From: Eledone cirrhosa
Lineage: Eukaryota
Length of the DNA: 64,000 bases
Assembly: GCA_964016885.1 (NCBI GenBank)
Contig: OZ024745.1
Location: 36,952,001-37,016,000, forward strand
Direction of reading: 5' to 3'
Shown here: positions 37,668-51,182 of the stretch, piece by piece
Position numbering within the stretch: position 1 is the stretch's first letter
Layout: each line of letters opens with the position of its first letter
Program-made: the position numbers and the translations under genes
The notes under the pieces: model-generated
Seen by the model: only the letters and a program-made list of their open reading frames with translations
The model's database searches: none
Told to the model about the DNA's origin: nothing

Positions 37668-39845
37668 CATTAGACTGTAGTCCTGCTCATGCTGGAGCAC
37701 TGACTTTAAAGGCATTAAGTCAATCATATCAACTCCAGTAGTCATCATCGTTTAACGTCTATTTTCTATGCTTGCATGGGTTAGACAGCTGTTGCATGAG
37801 GAGGCCAGATTGGTCAGGCGATTAGGTCCTGCCATACACTTACTTTTGGCGTGGTTTCTTAGTTTTGGCTGGATGCCTTTCCTAACACCATCTATTTTTT
37901 TCAATTGTATTTTGTTAAATTGCTTAGTTACAGGACATAGATATGGATACTATATATATATATATATATATATATACATACACCATATATACCTGAACAC
38001 AAGCCACCACCGCCCCTTTTTTTGTGTGTGTTTTAGAAATGGGCAAAAATCCAAACCCTGTTTATAAGCCGAGACAGCTAATCAACATATTATGTTTAGA
38101 TGGCATGGTTTTGAAATTCTCATGAGTATAAAATATATTTATGAAGTTTTAATATTTTGATGTTGAAAATATTTTAAGTATCGTTTAGAATATAGTTTTG
38201 TTTCACAACTCCCTTAAGTAATACTTTTTTACCATTTCATCTGTTTTATAGTTTCATCAAGTTTCTCAATTTTTTGTTTATATCTGGTCACTCACATGCT
38301 AGGAATACATTGAAAGCAAGAGATTGAATAAGAGAACTTTATATAAGGTTTCATAAAGTAGAAGAGGGCGAGAAGAGAGAGTGAGAGCCATAAAATACAA
38401 GTCAGAAGTAAGATTTCAATCTTACATAAGAATGAAAGAATAAGTATTAAGTCAGAGAAAAACAAAGTACTTGTGTGCATGCATGTATGAGTGTGGGCTA
38501 CAACAGGATTTGAACTCAGGGCATAAAAAGCTGGAACAAATCATGCAAAGCATCTTGATCAATGCTTCTAACAATTCCTACATTCCATACCCCTTGACAG
38601 TTACTTTGTTTTATTGACTCTGAAATATAGAGCCATGTTTTTCATAAGTCTTATTAGACTGAAACCTGAGGACCCTACTGCATGTAGGCCTGTCATTTTT
38701 TTTTTCTTTAATGGGAGATGAGGGTTCGAAATGTCTGAAAGCCTAGAGACCTGGCCATGAGTTAATATGGCTCTGTTGGAAAGATAAAAGGCAAAGTTGA
38801 CTCCAGGGAAAACTTACCCTATACCGATAAAATGTCAATACAATATACTCTGTTATACTTTGACTGGTTTCAGTGCTAGACTATATAATGTATGTTTAGT
38901 GCTGTGTAACCTTGAGTGTGATTATGATTATTTAAAAACAAGTGTAGGATTCCCAGAATTGTTAGAGCATTGTACAACATGCTTTGGAGTATTTAATTAT
39001 GACTCTTTACATTTTGAGATTAAATCCTTCCAAGGTCAACTATTCCTTTCATCTCTCTGGCGGTCAATAAAGTACCAGTCCTAAATTAGAAACTATTATT
39101 AAAAAAAAAAAAAAAATGTTTTTTAAATAAATATAAAGCATTGATACGGAAAAGAAATGGTAGCATATACAAAATATTTTCAGGTACAAAAGTGTGTATA
39201 TATATACAAATGTATACATACGTACATTCATATATATATATACACACACACACAACCAGATAGCATTACAGTAAGGAATCTTTGCTATCTGTGAGGGAAC
39301 TACCATTTCTGGTTGTGTGTGTCTGTGTATGTGTGAGAGAGAGGTGAACCACTAGCTAAGCTAAAGTTAGGGTGAGTGTATATATGTGTGTTTCTCAGTA
39401 TGTGTATGTCAGAGATTCACAGAAGTTAAACCTTAACTAGACTAAAGTTAATCTATGTATGTGGTTGTGCATGTTAAATACTAACTAGGCTAAAGTTAAG
39501 GTGCGTGTCAGAATCATCAGTGGCTTGCTTCTACAACTGACTTTCTCTATAGGAAGTAGTAAATATATTATCAGCACTTTCTGTTTTACCCTCAACATCT
39601 AACAGTTCGGTGTGTGTGTACCAGCACAGGCATATATACACACACGCACATACACATATATACATACACCCACTCACTCAAATATGTGAGTATACATACA
39701 TACACACACATATATATATGTGTAAGTGTGTGAGTACTGAAACACCGCCCTCACAAGCAGGGTAACACAGCAAACCTATATCTATCTCTCTCCCTTTCTC
39801 TCTAGTTACCCCTCTTTTTCTCTCTTCCTCCTATCTCTCTGTATT

Positions 39846-39902
<57 letters not shown>

Positions 39903-42298
39903 CACACACACACCCCTTTATGGCAGGGAAAGCAACATTAAGTGATGAGGATGACATTGAAAGATGTGAGTATATATGAAAAAACAAATGCATATGTGTG
40001 TCTGTGTGTATATTCAAACCATACACTCACAAACATACAAACATCCTTTTTTGTGTTTATCCAGATGCAAACATACACATGCATTCACACACATCCCCTC
40101 ACACACACATACTCCTCTCCCCACGCACACTCATATTGGGTGTATTTGAGTAGATAATATTCCACAAATACTATTTTACTCTGGGGGCAGTAATAATGAT
40201 AAAGGCAGTGAAAAAAAAAGGGTGATACAGGCTGTATGTTTATTTTATTTGTTTTGAAAGACACCAATACTCACCTTCACACATATTCACATAAACTATT
40301 CACACATGAGCCAAAGAGGGAGCCTCAGAATGACCACAGAATCTGCTAGAAATAGTAGTGAAACTTCTTCCAATGACATACTGTATTGTGTTAACTCTTT
40401 CATTACCAATATGAGATGTGTTTTTAGTTCAAGGTATTATTAAAAAAAAGAAAAAAAGATTTTCTTAAACCCATTCTTTCTTATATACACACATACTGTA
40501 TATACACCAGGTCTGAACTCAAAAGAACCAAACTCTCACTGCCTCTGTCTCTCCCCATCTCTCACTATTGTCTGCAAATGGGGTCCCGTGAGCTGGCTGC
40601 CCCGTGGCCCTGGCAGACAGAATAGAGAAGGCGTTTTCCCAGAGAATGGTGAGGAGGAAGTGCAGGAAGAGCCTTACCAGTTCGCAAGCCTCACACCAAT
40701 ATAAAACAAATAATTTTGAAAATAATAAAAAATTTGAAGGGATTTAGTAATATATACTAACCCTCTCATCATTTAGCTGGTGATTGGAACATAACTTTAC
40801 TGAGGCAAGTAAAGAGTATTACTTAACCTGGATTATTGGTTCACTGCATCTATACTTTTTGCTTGTATATGCATGTATATGTATTTAGGTACTCCATGGC
40901 CGAATGGTTTAAAAGTTTGCTTCACGAGCATTATGTCTTGGGTTCAGTTCCAATCTTCGGCAAATGTCATTTATTATAAATTTGAGCCATCAAAAGCCTT
41001 GTGAGTGAAATTTTGAAAAATAATCAAGTATTTGTAGGGATTTAGTAATATTCTCATTATTAAGCTGCTGTTTGGTGCACCACTTTAAAAATATGTAAAA
41101 TTATAATTGAAGGTTTTTAGATAAATTTAAATAATGTAAAAACAGAGTTTTATATCATAGAGCCAAGATCAGTTTTTGGCAGTTTGGTATCAAAAGGGTT
41201 AAAATAGGAAGGGGAGCATTGGATAATGTAGTGGTAGATCCTACTAAAATGGGTATGACGGTCATGGTTGGAAGCTGTTTGATCATGAATTTGCTAAATC
41301 ATGAATTTGCTAAATCATGACTGACATGAGATTAAACAACAAAAAAACTACTACTATTTATACATATACTCAACTGTACTGTTCTGTAACCATCTTATTT
41401 TTTAATTCAGATAGTACATCTCTCGACTATTCATTGTGCCTTATCCCTTTTAAGATAGTAGTGTGTGATTTGGGAAAGATTTAGCTGGTATTTCTAGCAG
41501 CTTCAGCAACTATGAAGATGCTCCTACATGTGTAGTGTGTGTATGTGCGTTTGGGTCTCTCTATGTGCCTGTTTGTCTACATCTTTCTATATTTACCCCT
41601 CTTAATAACAAGTAAGGAGTATTTCTGAACCAGGATTCTTGTTTCCCCAAATCTATACTTTCTGTTTGTGCATGTATATTTGTGTGTGTATGTGAAAAGA
41701 TAAAAAGGCTGGTAGATAGATAAATAGACAGATAAGTAGGTTGGCAGATAGATAGATAGACAGACAGATAGACAGGCCTAGAAACACAAAATAACAAAAT
41801 AAAAAAAGAAGGCTGTCAGAGAATTATGAGAGAAAAGCAAAGTAGATTTGGTGATTAAATAGTGCCTTGAGTAAAGTTAGTAGGACACAAAAGATATAGT
41901 ATATAAATAAATAGAAATGTAAGAAGGATTAAAAGAGATTAGTGATAACAATTGGAATCAGCTGATCTGTTATAGTTGTTGAGTAAAATAGGAAAAGGTG
42001 GCTAAGTAGACTCCTGAAGAGAGAGCCTCAAAGTATGCCTATATGTGAATAAACTGTAACAACAGGACATAAGGAGTATGTCCAGTGTTAATTCTTAATA
42101 TCTTGTAATGATTTAGTAGAAAGTATCTAAACATTGGTTTGTTAATTCAAACATTTATAGTATCTTTAATAGTAAACAATGGGGAAATTTATAGTGTCAG
42201 AAAATTTAAAGACATTAATTTTTAAGGTGATGCAATCATAGTGCAGATCATAGTGCATTTCAAGAATGTCACTATCTGTTGTTTCTTAAATTTTTTAA

Positions 42299-42477
42299 AC
42301 CTTTAATATTTAACCGGCCATATCCAGTCAGAATTTTCTGTTCAAACCAGCTGTAACTGGGCACTCATACTGATGTTAATGTATTGTTCTCAAAATAAAT
42401 AATATCAAAATCTCGTAGATTCGATATTATGTGAGGTAAAGTGTTTACGGTGAAAATACAATAGTATATATAGAGTA
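42299..42477 (+). mobile_element. piggyBac-type MITE, left part (right end displaced to 49760-49780)
   Basis: Collinear with the intact MITE at 57606-57824 up to atagta..tagagt; the remainder atgtaaatgctaaatgattaa lies at 49760. Confidence 0.75.
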
Positions 42478-45400
42478 ATCATCATCATCTTCGTTTAACG
42501 TCCATCTTCCACGCTAGCATGGGTTAGACGGGAGTTGTCCCACTTGAGGCAAGGTTGGTTGGGTGACTGTGTCTCGCTCATATAGGACTATCTGGCAGGT
42601 TTTCTACGGCTGGATGGCCTTCCTAACACAAACCACATTTACAGTGTGGAACTGGGAACTTTTTACCGTGTTACCTACACGGCCACATTACAGCGTGGAC
42701 TGTGTGTTTTTTTCTCGTGACACCTACACAATCTCGATCTCATTATCTCATTTATTTGGACTGGATGTTGTGGTACCAACTTTACAGAGAAAGGGTGGTG
42801 TTGGTGGGAGTGGGAGGATAGGGTAGGGGTAGTGGATTGGGGCTGTATATTTGGTTTAGAGGTGCCTACTGACTGTAGGTTTTGCTTTGTACATAGTCAA
42901 GGTGGGTCTTCTGTATTACTGCGTAGCGCCAAAGATCTCTGTCCAGTGACATTGTCTTAGAGAGGTGCAAGTGTGTAAGGTCAGAATTTATCAGATCGTC
43001 CCACATTTTTCTGGGTCTACCTACTCCGTAACTACCATCAATATTGATCGCCCTGCACTTTTTTATACAGCTGTTGTCTTTCATGCGCATCACGTGGCCA
43101 TACCAACGTAGTCTTCTCTCAAGTAAACAGCATCTGATCCCTCTTATTCCTAATTTCTCACTTAGTTCATTTATGCTTTGCCGTTCACGTATATTACTAT
43201 TACACATCCAACGGAGCATGCATGCTTCGTTCCTTTCCAGTCTGTGCAGGTCCTCTGCATGTAATGCCCATGTCTCACTGTCATGTAGCATTGCTGTTCG
43301 TATACAGGCATCATACAATCTGCCTTTCATTTTTAGAGAGAAACCTTTTGTGGCCAACAGTGGTATAAGCTTCCTGAACTTTTTCCATCCTGTTCTGACT
43401 CTGGCTACTGTACTTTCAGAACACGCTCCACCACTGCTGATTTTGTCACCCAGGTAACGGAAAGTGTCCACTATTTCTATAGAACCATCTGGGCAATAGA
43501 AGGAGCTAGTATCCTGTGGACACTTGCTACTTATTGCACCTGAGCATCGGCCACATATAAAGTCTACATTCTTAGATAGTTTACCTGTGATCCCACTACA
43601 TCTTTTATGTACCCATACTTTGCATTTGGGACATAAAATGGAATTTCTGCCTACTCCTTTCCTACACACTGAGCATGGCCATTTCCCTGAGGGCACCTGT
43701 GCCCTATTTTCCTTTCTACAAACTAGAACTTTAGTCTTAGACAAGTTAACTTTAAGGCCTTTTGATTCTAGGCCATGCTTCCATGTTTGGAATTTCTTCT
43801 CTAGTTCAGCCATTGATTCAGCTATGAGCATTAGATCATCTGCGTATCGGAGTTCCCATGGGCAGCCGGTCTTGAACTCCTCTGTTATAGCCTGAAGGGC
43901 AATAATAAATAGGAGGAGGCTAAGGACAGAGCCTTGATGAACACCAACTTTTACACTAAATTCTTCACAATATTCATTGTTAATTCTAACCTTACTGACT
44001 GTTTCTTTATACATAGCTTGTATAGCTCTCACAAGCCATTCATCTACACCTAGTTTTCTAAGAGCCCACCAGATAATGGAGCGGGGCACTCTGTCAAAGG
44101 CTTTCTCCAGGTCTACAAAAGCTAAGTAGAGGGTTTACCTTTAGCTAGGTACTTCTCCTGTAGTTGTCATACAAGGAAAAGAACATCTGTGGTACTTTTA
44201 CCTGACACAAACCCAAACTGCATTTCATCTAGATCAATTCACACTCTGATTAGTTACGCTATAACTCTTTCTGTGACCTTCTTGACCTGGTCAACTAACT
44301 TAATGCCTCTATAGTTTCCCCTATCTAGAGCATCCCCTTTACCCTTGTAGCAGTTAATGATGATGCTGCTACGCCAGTCTTTTGGTATGACCCATTCTGT
44401 ATTACTTGGTTAACTATACGGGTGACCATAGTATGTCCCACCATTCCAGATGCTTTCAACATCTCAGCAACTATCTCTGAAGGCCCAGCTGCCTTGCCTG
44501 TCTTCATATCTTTGATTGCTTTACTTATTATACTACCTTTAACTTGCACCGCTGGTCCTTCTATTGGATAGATTTGGGGCAGACTATCTTTTTCCCATTT
44601 ATTCTCCTCATTTAATAGTCTCTCGTAGTGAAACTTCCAGGCTATCTTCTTATCAGTATCAGTGAGGGCAAGTACACCGTTATCATTACGGACACACTTC
44701 TCTCCGGCCATATCACGGTTTTCCCTGAAACAGTGTCTAGCAATCCTGAACACCTCATGTTTTTGGTCCTCACGTTGTAGAACATGCTTGAACTTTCTAT
44801 CCTCTGCTTTCCTTTTTGCAAGGTACACTTGTCTCCTAGCTTCTCTCCCGGCCATTTGATAGTGCTCTCTACTTCTCCCATCCTGCCATACTTTCCAAGC
44901 CTGCTTTTTGGCCTTGATTGTCTCCTACACCTTACTGTTCCACCACCAAGTTACTCTCCTCCTGCCAATAGGTCTGCTCCAGCCACAGATTTCATCCGTT
45001 GCTTTCAGCAGGTTCACTTTCAAGAATTGCCACTGTTCCTCTATATTGCACATCTCAATTGCTCTTCCTTATTGTCAAAGGCATCAAGTAATAAGCTTTT
45101 AAATTTGTCACTGGCTATGGGGTCCTTCAACTTCCATATTCTTCTCCTCAAGGTAGGCCTCCTCTGTCGTCGAGTACATCTATTCCTGACTATGAGGTCA
45201 CTAACTACTAGGCTATGTTGGGAGGTGCATTCTTCACGAGGGAGGGATTTAGTGTTTACAACAGACACTTTGTCCCATCTTCTGGCTGGCGTGTTCCCCT
45301 GATCTCTAGGTGATCAAGTGATTTTCTCGTTTTTTGAAGTTTGTGTTACAGATAGTTAGATTATTAGCGTCACAGAATTCCAGGATTCTGAAGCCCTCCT

Positions 45401-46215
45401 CATTTCTATTTCCAACCCCATAACCTCCATGGATTCCATCATAGCGATCACTATGTTGTCCAACGTGACCGTTTAGATCGCCAGCAATAATTAAGTAGTC
45501 GCTGTCGGTTATTAGGGAAGTAGTGTGCATAGAACCTGTCCTTTATAACGTCAGGTAGACCAGATTGGGGTGCATAAGTGGATATTATTGTCATAGTTCT
45601 ATTTAGAACTAAGTCTTATTTTAATTATTCTGTCATTCACTCTATTTACGTCAATTACCTTATCTACCCATTTTTCAGCTAACATAATTCCTATACCACC
45701 CAATCCATTGTCATTTCCCACCCAGAAAAGTTTATCGCATCGTTTTTTACTCACGATGAATCTGGCAGACCCACCTCTCCACTTAGTCTCTTGAATACAA
45801 CAAACATCAACTTCTTTACGTTCAAGCACCTCTACAACCTCATTTGAGCGACCTTTCAATGTGCCTATGTTCATGGTACCAACTCTGAAGTAGGGAGGGT
45901 GGGATGGATGGGTTGGAGGGGCAGGGAGGGGTGCAGGAAATGGAATTATGTTGGTTATCCGTGTCTGAAATAAAGAGGGGTCCTTGTATTCTCTTCCTGC
46001 AGCAGGAGGTGAATTTATCTTAATCTGTGACATTGTCATAGAGTGCTTAGACTTTCCAAATTCCACAGTCAACCCATCAAACAGGTCTAAACTTAAGGAG
46101 TAGTAACCGAGGTGGTAGCTTTGCTATACTGATTTGTTAGAGAACTTACTATAAGCCACTGAGTTATGATTGGACCATATAGCAATGGTGGTATGTGGGG
46201 GTGGGGGGGGAATGT
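42478..46215 (-). mobile_element. RTE LINE family A, copy 3 (near full length, older subfamily, many frameshifts)
   Basis: EN (GTMNIGTLKGRS), RT (YADD), intact PHD, one 3'UTR unit, (ATC)n tail at 42478. Confidence 0.95.
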
Positions 46216-46338
46216 GTAACTTTAGGAGATTAGGTTTTAGGAAGGGTCCAACAGAATGAGACATATTATTAAAAACATGTAAAATATTAATTGAAAATCC
46301 GAGAGAAAACGGAGAATTTGAATTCTAGACTGGCATAA

Positions 46339-49300
46339 TATCTAGGGCGGGTAAAATTCCCGAGATCCATGGACGAGTTCTCTCCAGCAGTCTCTGTCCC
46401 TCATTATCGCTGCCATGTCCTGCGTCTCCAACAGACCAGTATTTGTCCTTAGGGCATCAACATACGTTAACCTTGGTCTTCCTCTTCCAGTGTGTCCATG
46501 TAGGGGCTCCCACAGGAGCACTGAGTGCAATGTCAACTCTGGATGTCGGTGAGCATGTCCAGCTAACCTCAGTCTCCTCTGTGTCACTTTTGAGCTGACT
46601 TTTGGGAGGCTCCCATACAGCTCTGACTTTTTCATCCTCAGTGTATACTGATTAATGTTCAGAGCCATCCTCAGCATTCTCGTGTAGCACCCATCCACCA
46701 TCTGAGTGAGTTTCTTGGTCAGTGTCCAAGTCTCAGACCCGTACAGCAGCACAGACTCCACTACAGCAATGAAGAGGCGGATTTTCAGGTCTTTACGAAG
46801 GTCTGACTTCCACACCGATCTCAAGCTGTGGCACGCCGCCCAGGCCTTGCTCTTCCTCTCAACCACATCATCTTCCGTATTCCCAATCTTTGCTCCCAAA
46901 TACAGGAAGCCCTCAACCAATTCTAGCGGCTATCCCGCCTACATTAGTGATCCCCTCTGGCTTCTCAACATTCTCTACCAGATATTTTATTTTAGTCTCA
47001 TTTATTCTCAGCCCTACACTCATCGACACAGTCTCAACCTCCCGCATCAAATCCTCTGCCTCCTTCACTGTATTTGTCACCAAAACTATGTCGTCGGCAA
47101 ATTCAGCATCCGATACCTTTTTCGCCTTAACTCTCCTGCTCTGAGCCGGTGCTACAGTAAAGCCAGAGTCCTGGTGTTTCTCCAGTGCAAGGCGCATACA
47201 ATAGTCCACTACGATGATAAAAAGGTAGGGAGCCAATGTATCTCCCTGGAGCACTCCAGCCAGTATCTCAAAGAACTCTGTCATCCCATCAGATGTAATG
47301 ACTTGGGCTTTGGTGCTGGTGTAGAGCAGTAATATCAGGTCCACTATCCTCTTGGGGATTCCATAAGCCTGTAAGATCTTCATCAGGCAGTGACAGTCCA
47401 CAGAATCAAAGGCCTTCCTAAAGTCAATGAAAACCATGACCGCAGGGAGGCACTTTGCTCTAGCTCCCTCTAATATTCTCCTCAGCATCAGGATGTGACT
47501 GGTGGTTGATCTTCCCTCTCTGAAGCCGTTCTGGTTGTCCCTGAGCTTCTTCTCCATCTCAGGCTGGTTCCTGTTAAGAATCATCCTGTTGAGAGTCTTT
47601 GCCACAAGTGACGTCAGTGAGATCCCCCTGTAGTTGTTGGTGTTAGAGAGATCTCCCTTCTTTGGCACTGGGACGATGTTACTGATCCTCCACTGATTCG
47701 GGGCAACTCCTTTATCCAGTGCCCAGTTACAGAACCCCAGGATGATATCATCAAAATCACACCTCTTCATCACCTCTGATGCCACTCCATCTTCTCCATG
47801 AGCCTTGCCCTCCTTGATCCTCTTCTTGGCTCTCTGAAGCTCCTCTCTGGTGAAGGGCTCTGTCTCAATATCCAGTTCCTCAAACAGCCGCCTGATCTCC
47901 CCAGTGCTCTGGGCTGTGGAGGGTGGCTCTCCTAGTAGGGTCCTAAAATGGTCTAGCCATTTCCTCTTCCTATCCTCGGGCCCCGTTCCCTGGATCTGAC
48001 TCGAACACCTTCTCTTCTTCCCCGTGATCTCGTTGATGATCATCCAGCTCACCTTACATCCAGATCTGTCAACCGCTCTCTCCACACTTCTGATCTTCTC
48101 TATCAGTGCCTTCTCTCTGGCCTCAGTGTAAGCGGTACAGAGTTCTTCCCTCATCACCTTCACAGTCTCCATCCTCTCCTCCGTAGGATCAGCATAGAAT
48201 TGGTCCTTGGCAGCTTTCAGGTGTTCTCTGGCTGCACACACTTTTGGGTTTGCAGAGCTGACGTGCTTCCTTTTGTTCTTTTTCCTCGGCACCAGGGTTT
48301 CACTTGCTTCCGCCACTGCATTGGTGAAGAGCCCGTACCTCCTCGTCACACTCTCCTCAGTCCATCCAATCTCTCTCTCTTCTGACTCTCCACACAGAGC
48401 ACTGAACCTGTTCCTCACTTCCATTGTGAACCTCTCCTGTAGCTTATCATCTTCCTTGAAAGCTCCCCAGTCATAGATTGCTCTCCGGGGCCTAGCCTTG
48501 CTCTTTCTTAAGCTCACCCGGACCTCACTCATAACAAGCCGGTGGTCACTACTCAGTGTACTGAAATAGTTGTATGGTTCTCTGTTCAGAACACTATTCC
48601 GCCACTTTTTCCTCACCAGAATGAAATCAATCTGGGACTTGGACAGGTGCATATCTGAGATGTAGGTCCACATCTTCCCCAGATTCTTCCTAAACCTTAG
48701 GTTGGTCGCTATCAAGTTCGCCTCCAGCAGAGTGTCTCTCAGTAATCTTCCATTTCGGTTGGTGTTGTTATGGAAGTACTAGCAAGGATCTTCACTGCCC
48801 TCCTTACTCAGATGTGCATTGAAGTCCCCCAAAACAAGCAGGATGTTGTGTGCCTGAGTGGTGTTGACAGCTCTACACACCTCCTCATGGAACTCTTCCG
48901 CACTCACATCACTGTCCCCTCGGTTGGACTATAGGCTGAGATGACTGTCAGTCTTGGGTTTCCATTGCAGGTCACTCTCAACACTCGCGGGGAGACAGGC
49001 ATTATTTCACTCACCAATAGACTGGTTTTTGTGCTGAAATCAAAACCCAATCCTCCTACTGCAGCATTTGTTGTGTTCTTCACTGCCGATATGGTGATGA
49101 GCTGGCTCCTCTTCCCAATCATCACAGTCCTCACGGGCTCATCGTGTAAGATCCTGTGTTCTTGGATCACAAGTATCTGTATACCACTCTCCTCGAACAG
49201 ATGTCCCAACTCCTCTCTCTTCTCCAGTGTCCGAATAGTCCTCACATTCAAAGTGCCCATTTTGATGGCTCTTCTGCAGGACAAAACTGCATTCTTTATA

Positions 49301-49651
49301 TTTGTCTCAGAGACATCTGATCCATCATCCACTGGCCCTCTCTGTGGCTCTAAGCCAGCAGAGTCATAACGACCAGACTTCTCCTTGACAGTGTAATTAG
49401 GGGCTCTAACCCTAGTGCTGTTAGATCGACTCTCCATATTTCTTTTCAATGGCTGACAATACCTTACCGGCGCCACTCGAATAAGGTAGTTATTTAACCC
49501 ATAAATGGAGCCCTAACAGGTACTACTACTCCGGGCCAGAGCAGACCTGGGAGTTATGACAACTAAGGGGTAACTCCACATTCCCCACAACTCCTGAACT
49601 CCCGAACTGGAGCCTTGCCACTGGATGTAGTTTAATGTCATACCCAGGACA
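46339..49651 (-). mobile_element. RTE LINE family B, apparently full length (EN plus RT, no PHD), with a few lesions
   Basis: GTLNVRT, IQEHR, SDHRLV, NYRGISL, FIDFRKAFDSV, GVLQGDTLAPYLF, FADD, LLYGSETW; 10-bp TSD ACTGGCATAA at 46329-46338 and 49652-49661. Confidence 0.93.
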
Positions 49652-50539
49652 ACTGGCATAAATAGAAGTTTAAAACACTGCTTATTGAGTCAACTTTATG
49701 GGTAACTTTAGAAGATTAGTTTTTAGGAAGGGTCCAACAGAATGAGACATATTAAAAACATGTAAATGCTAAATGATTAAGATAATAGTGTGTGATTTGG
49801 GAAAGATTTGGTATCTGTTTTTTGGTAATGTGGTTTCATGTGGTATAGAATGTTAAGAGTCTGCAAAGTAAAGATGACATTTTAACCTAGCTGAAGATTT
49901 GTAACTTTTACCACGACTATTACATAAAAGTGTCTTCTCAGTTAAATGCAATTCAGAATCATGACAATTGGCATTGTATGTCTCTTCATGTGGACTAGTG
50001 TAGTGGGATACTGTATAGAAATCCTCTGTCAAACTGAACAACCCAAGGCTATGATAGACACTTGTTCAAAGTGTCATACTCTAGGATTTAACCTAAAACT
50101 ATGTGGATGCAAAGCAAACTTCTTAAAATACTGCAAGCACAACTGTATGGTTATTATGTTTACATATTCTAGTTTATAAAGAATTTTGACATTCATATCT
50201 TCTTCATCATCATTTTTTAGTCTGCTTTCCATATTGGCATCGGTTGGACAGAGTTATCATCTTCTTAGATGGGTTGGGTGATCACATATCACTCATACAT
50301 TCATGTTTGGTATGGTTTCTATCTCTAAATGCCCTTTCTGGTGCCAATCCCTTTACAGAATATATTAAGCACATTTTGTTGTGGCACCAGCATTAGAGAG
50401 GTTATGTCCTTGTTCAATCGTCAACTAGTTTCAGAGAAAACTTGGTACATTTTATCATGGCTACAGCACTAACAAGGCTGTTTTGTATCACACATGACTA
50501 AAGAATAATCATTGCTCTTCATTATTTTGTGCAATCAAG

Positions 50540-50722
50540 GCGGTGGATTGGCAGTATCGGTAGAGGGTCAGACGCCATGCTTTCCAGCATAGTTACGTCC
50601 CTTTACGATCTGAGTTCAAATCCCGCCGAGGTTGACTTTGCCTTTCATCCTTACGGGGTCGATAAAATAAAGTACCAGTAATGCACTGGGTAATTGCTGG
50701 CCTTGTGCCTAAAGTAGAAACA
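50540..50722 (+). mobile_element. Full-length SINE family B (tRNA-like head, Meta-like central domain)
   Basis: A box TGGCAGTATCGG, B box GAGTTCAAATC, GACTTTGCCTTTCATCCTTACGGGGTCGATAAAAT; 19-bp direct repeat ATTATTTTGTGCAATCAAG at 50521 and 50723. Other copies about 34013-34197, 27278-27460, 38940-39100, 22110-22310 (-), 12460-12680 (-), 63650-63800 (-). Confidence 0.88.
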
Positions 50723-50904
50723 ATTATTTTGTGCAATCAAGATATGTGATCAAGAGGATGAATAGAAGAGCCAGCAATGACAGACGAATTTGGATGAGTG
50801 AATGGATGGGGCAAAATTAATAAGAAACAGTGATTGGGGTGCGAGAGTGGTAGTGGGGAGAGAAATGAAATAGAGGTAGTTCTGAAGAGAGTAGTGGAAT
50901 AGAA

Positions 50905-51182
50905 ATCTTTTAATACCAATCCTCCTGAAGCTGCTCCTGGTTCTATGTTACAAAACTGTTTATTTCAAAGTGTTTATATTTATCTAAAAACTTACCTTAA
51001 TTTTAAGTATACTCCACCTATCAGTTAAGATATACTCCACCTATATCTGTTAAGATATACTCCACCTATCAGTTTAATAATGGGAACATTAGTTATATAA
51101 ATAATCCTTCTAAATCTTGAAATAATTTCAAAATTATTTGAAAATCATAGGCTGTCTTTCATATGGGAATGAAAGGGTTAAT
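50905..51182. mobile_element. Old piggyBac-like MITE family (ends AAAGGG|TTAA), with an internal 23-25-bp x3 tandem at 51008-51073
   Basis: Related pieces about 10330-10550, 15480-15720, 32710-33150, 41010-41203, 56500-56600 and 60766-60979 share gatttagtaatat, tcattattaagctg and aaagggttaa motifs. Confidence 0.55.
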
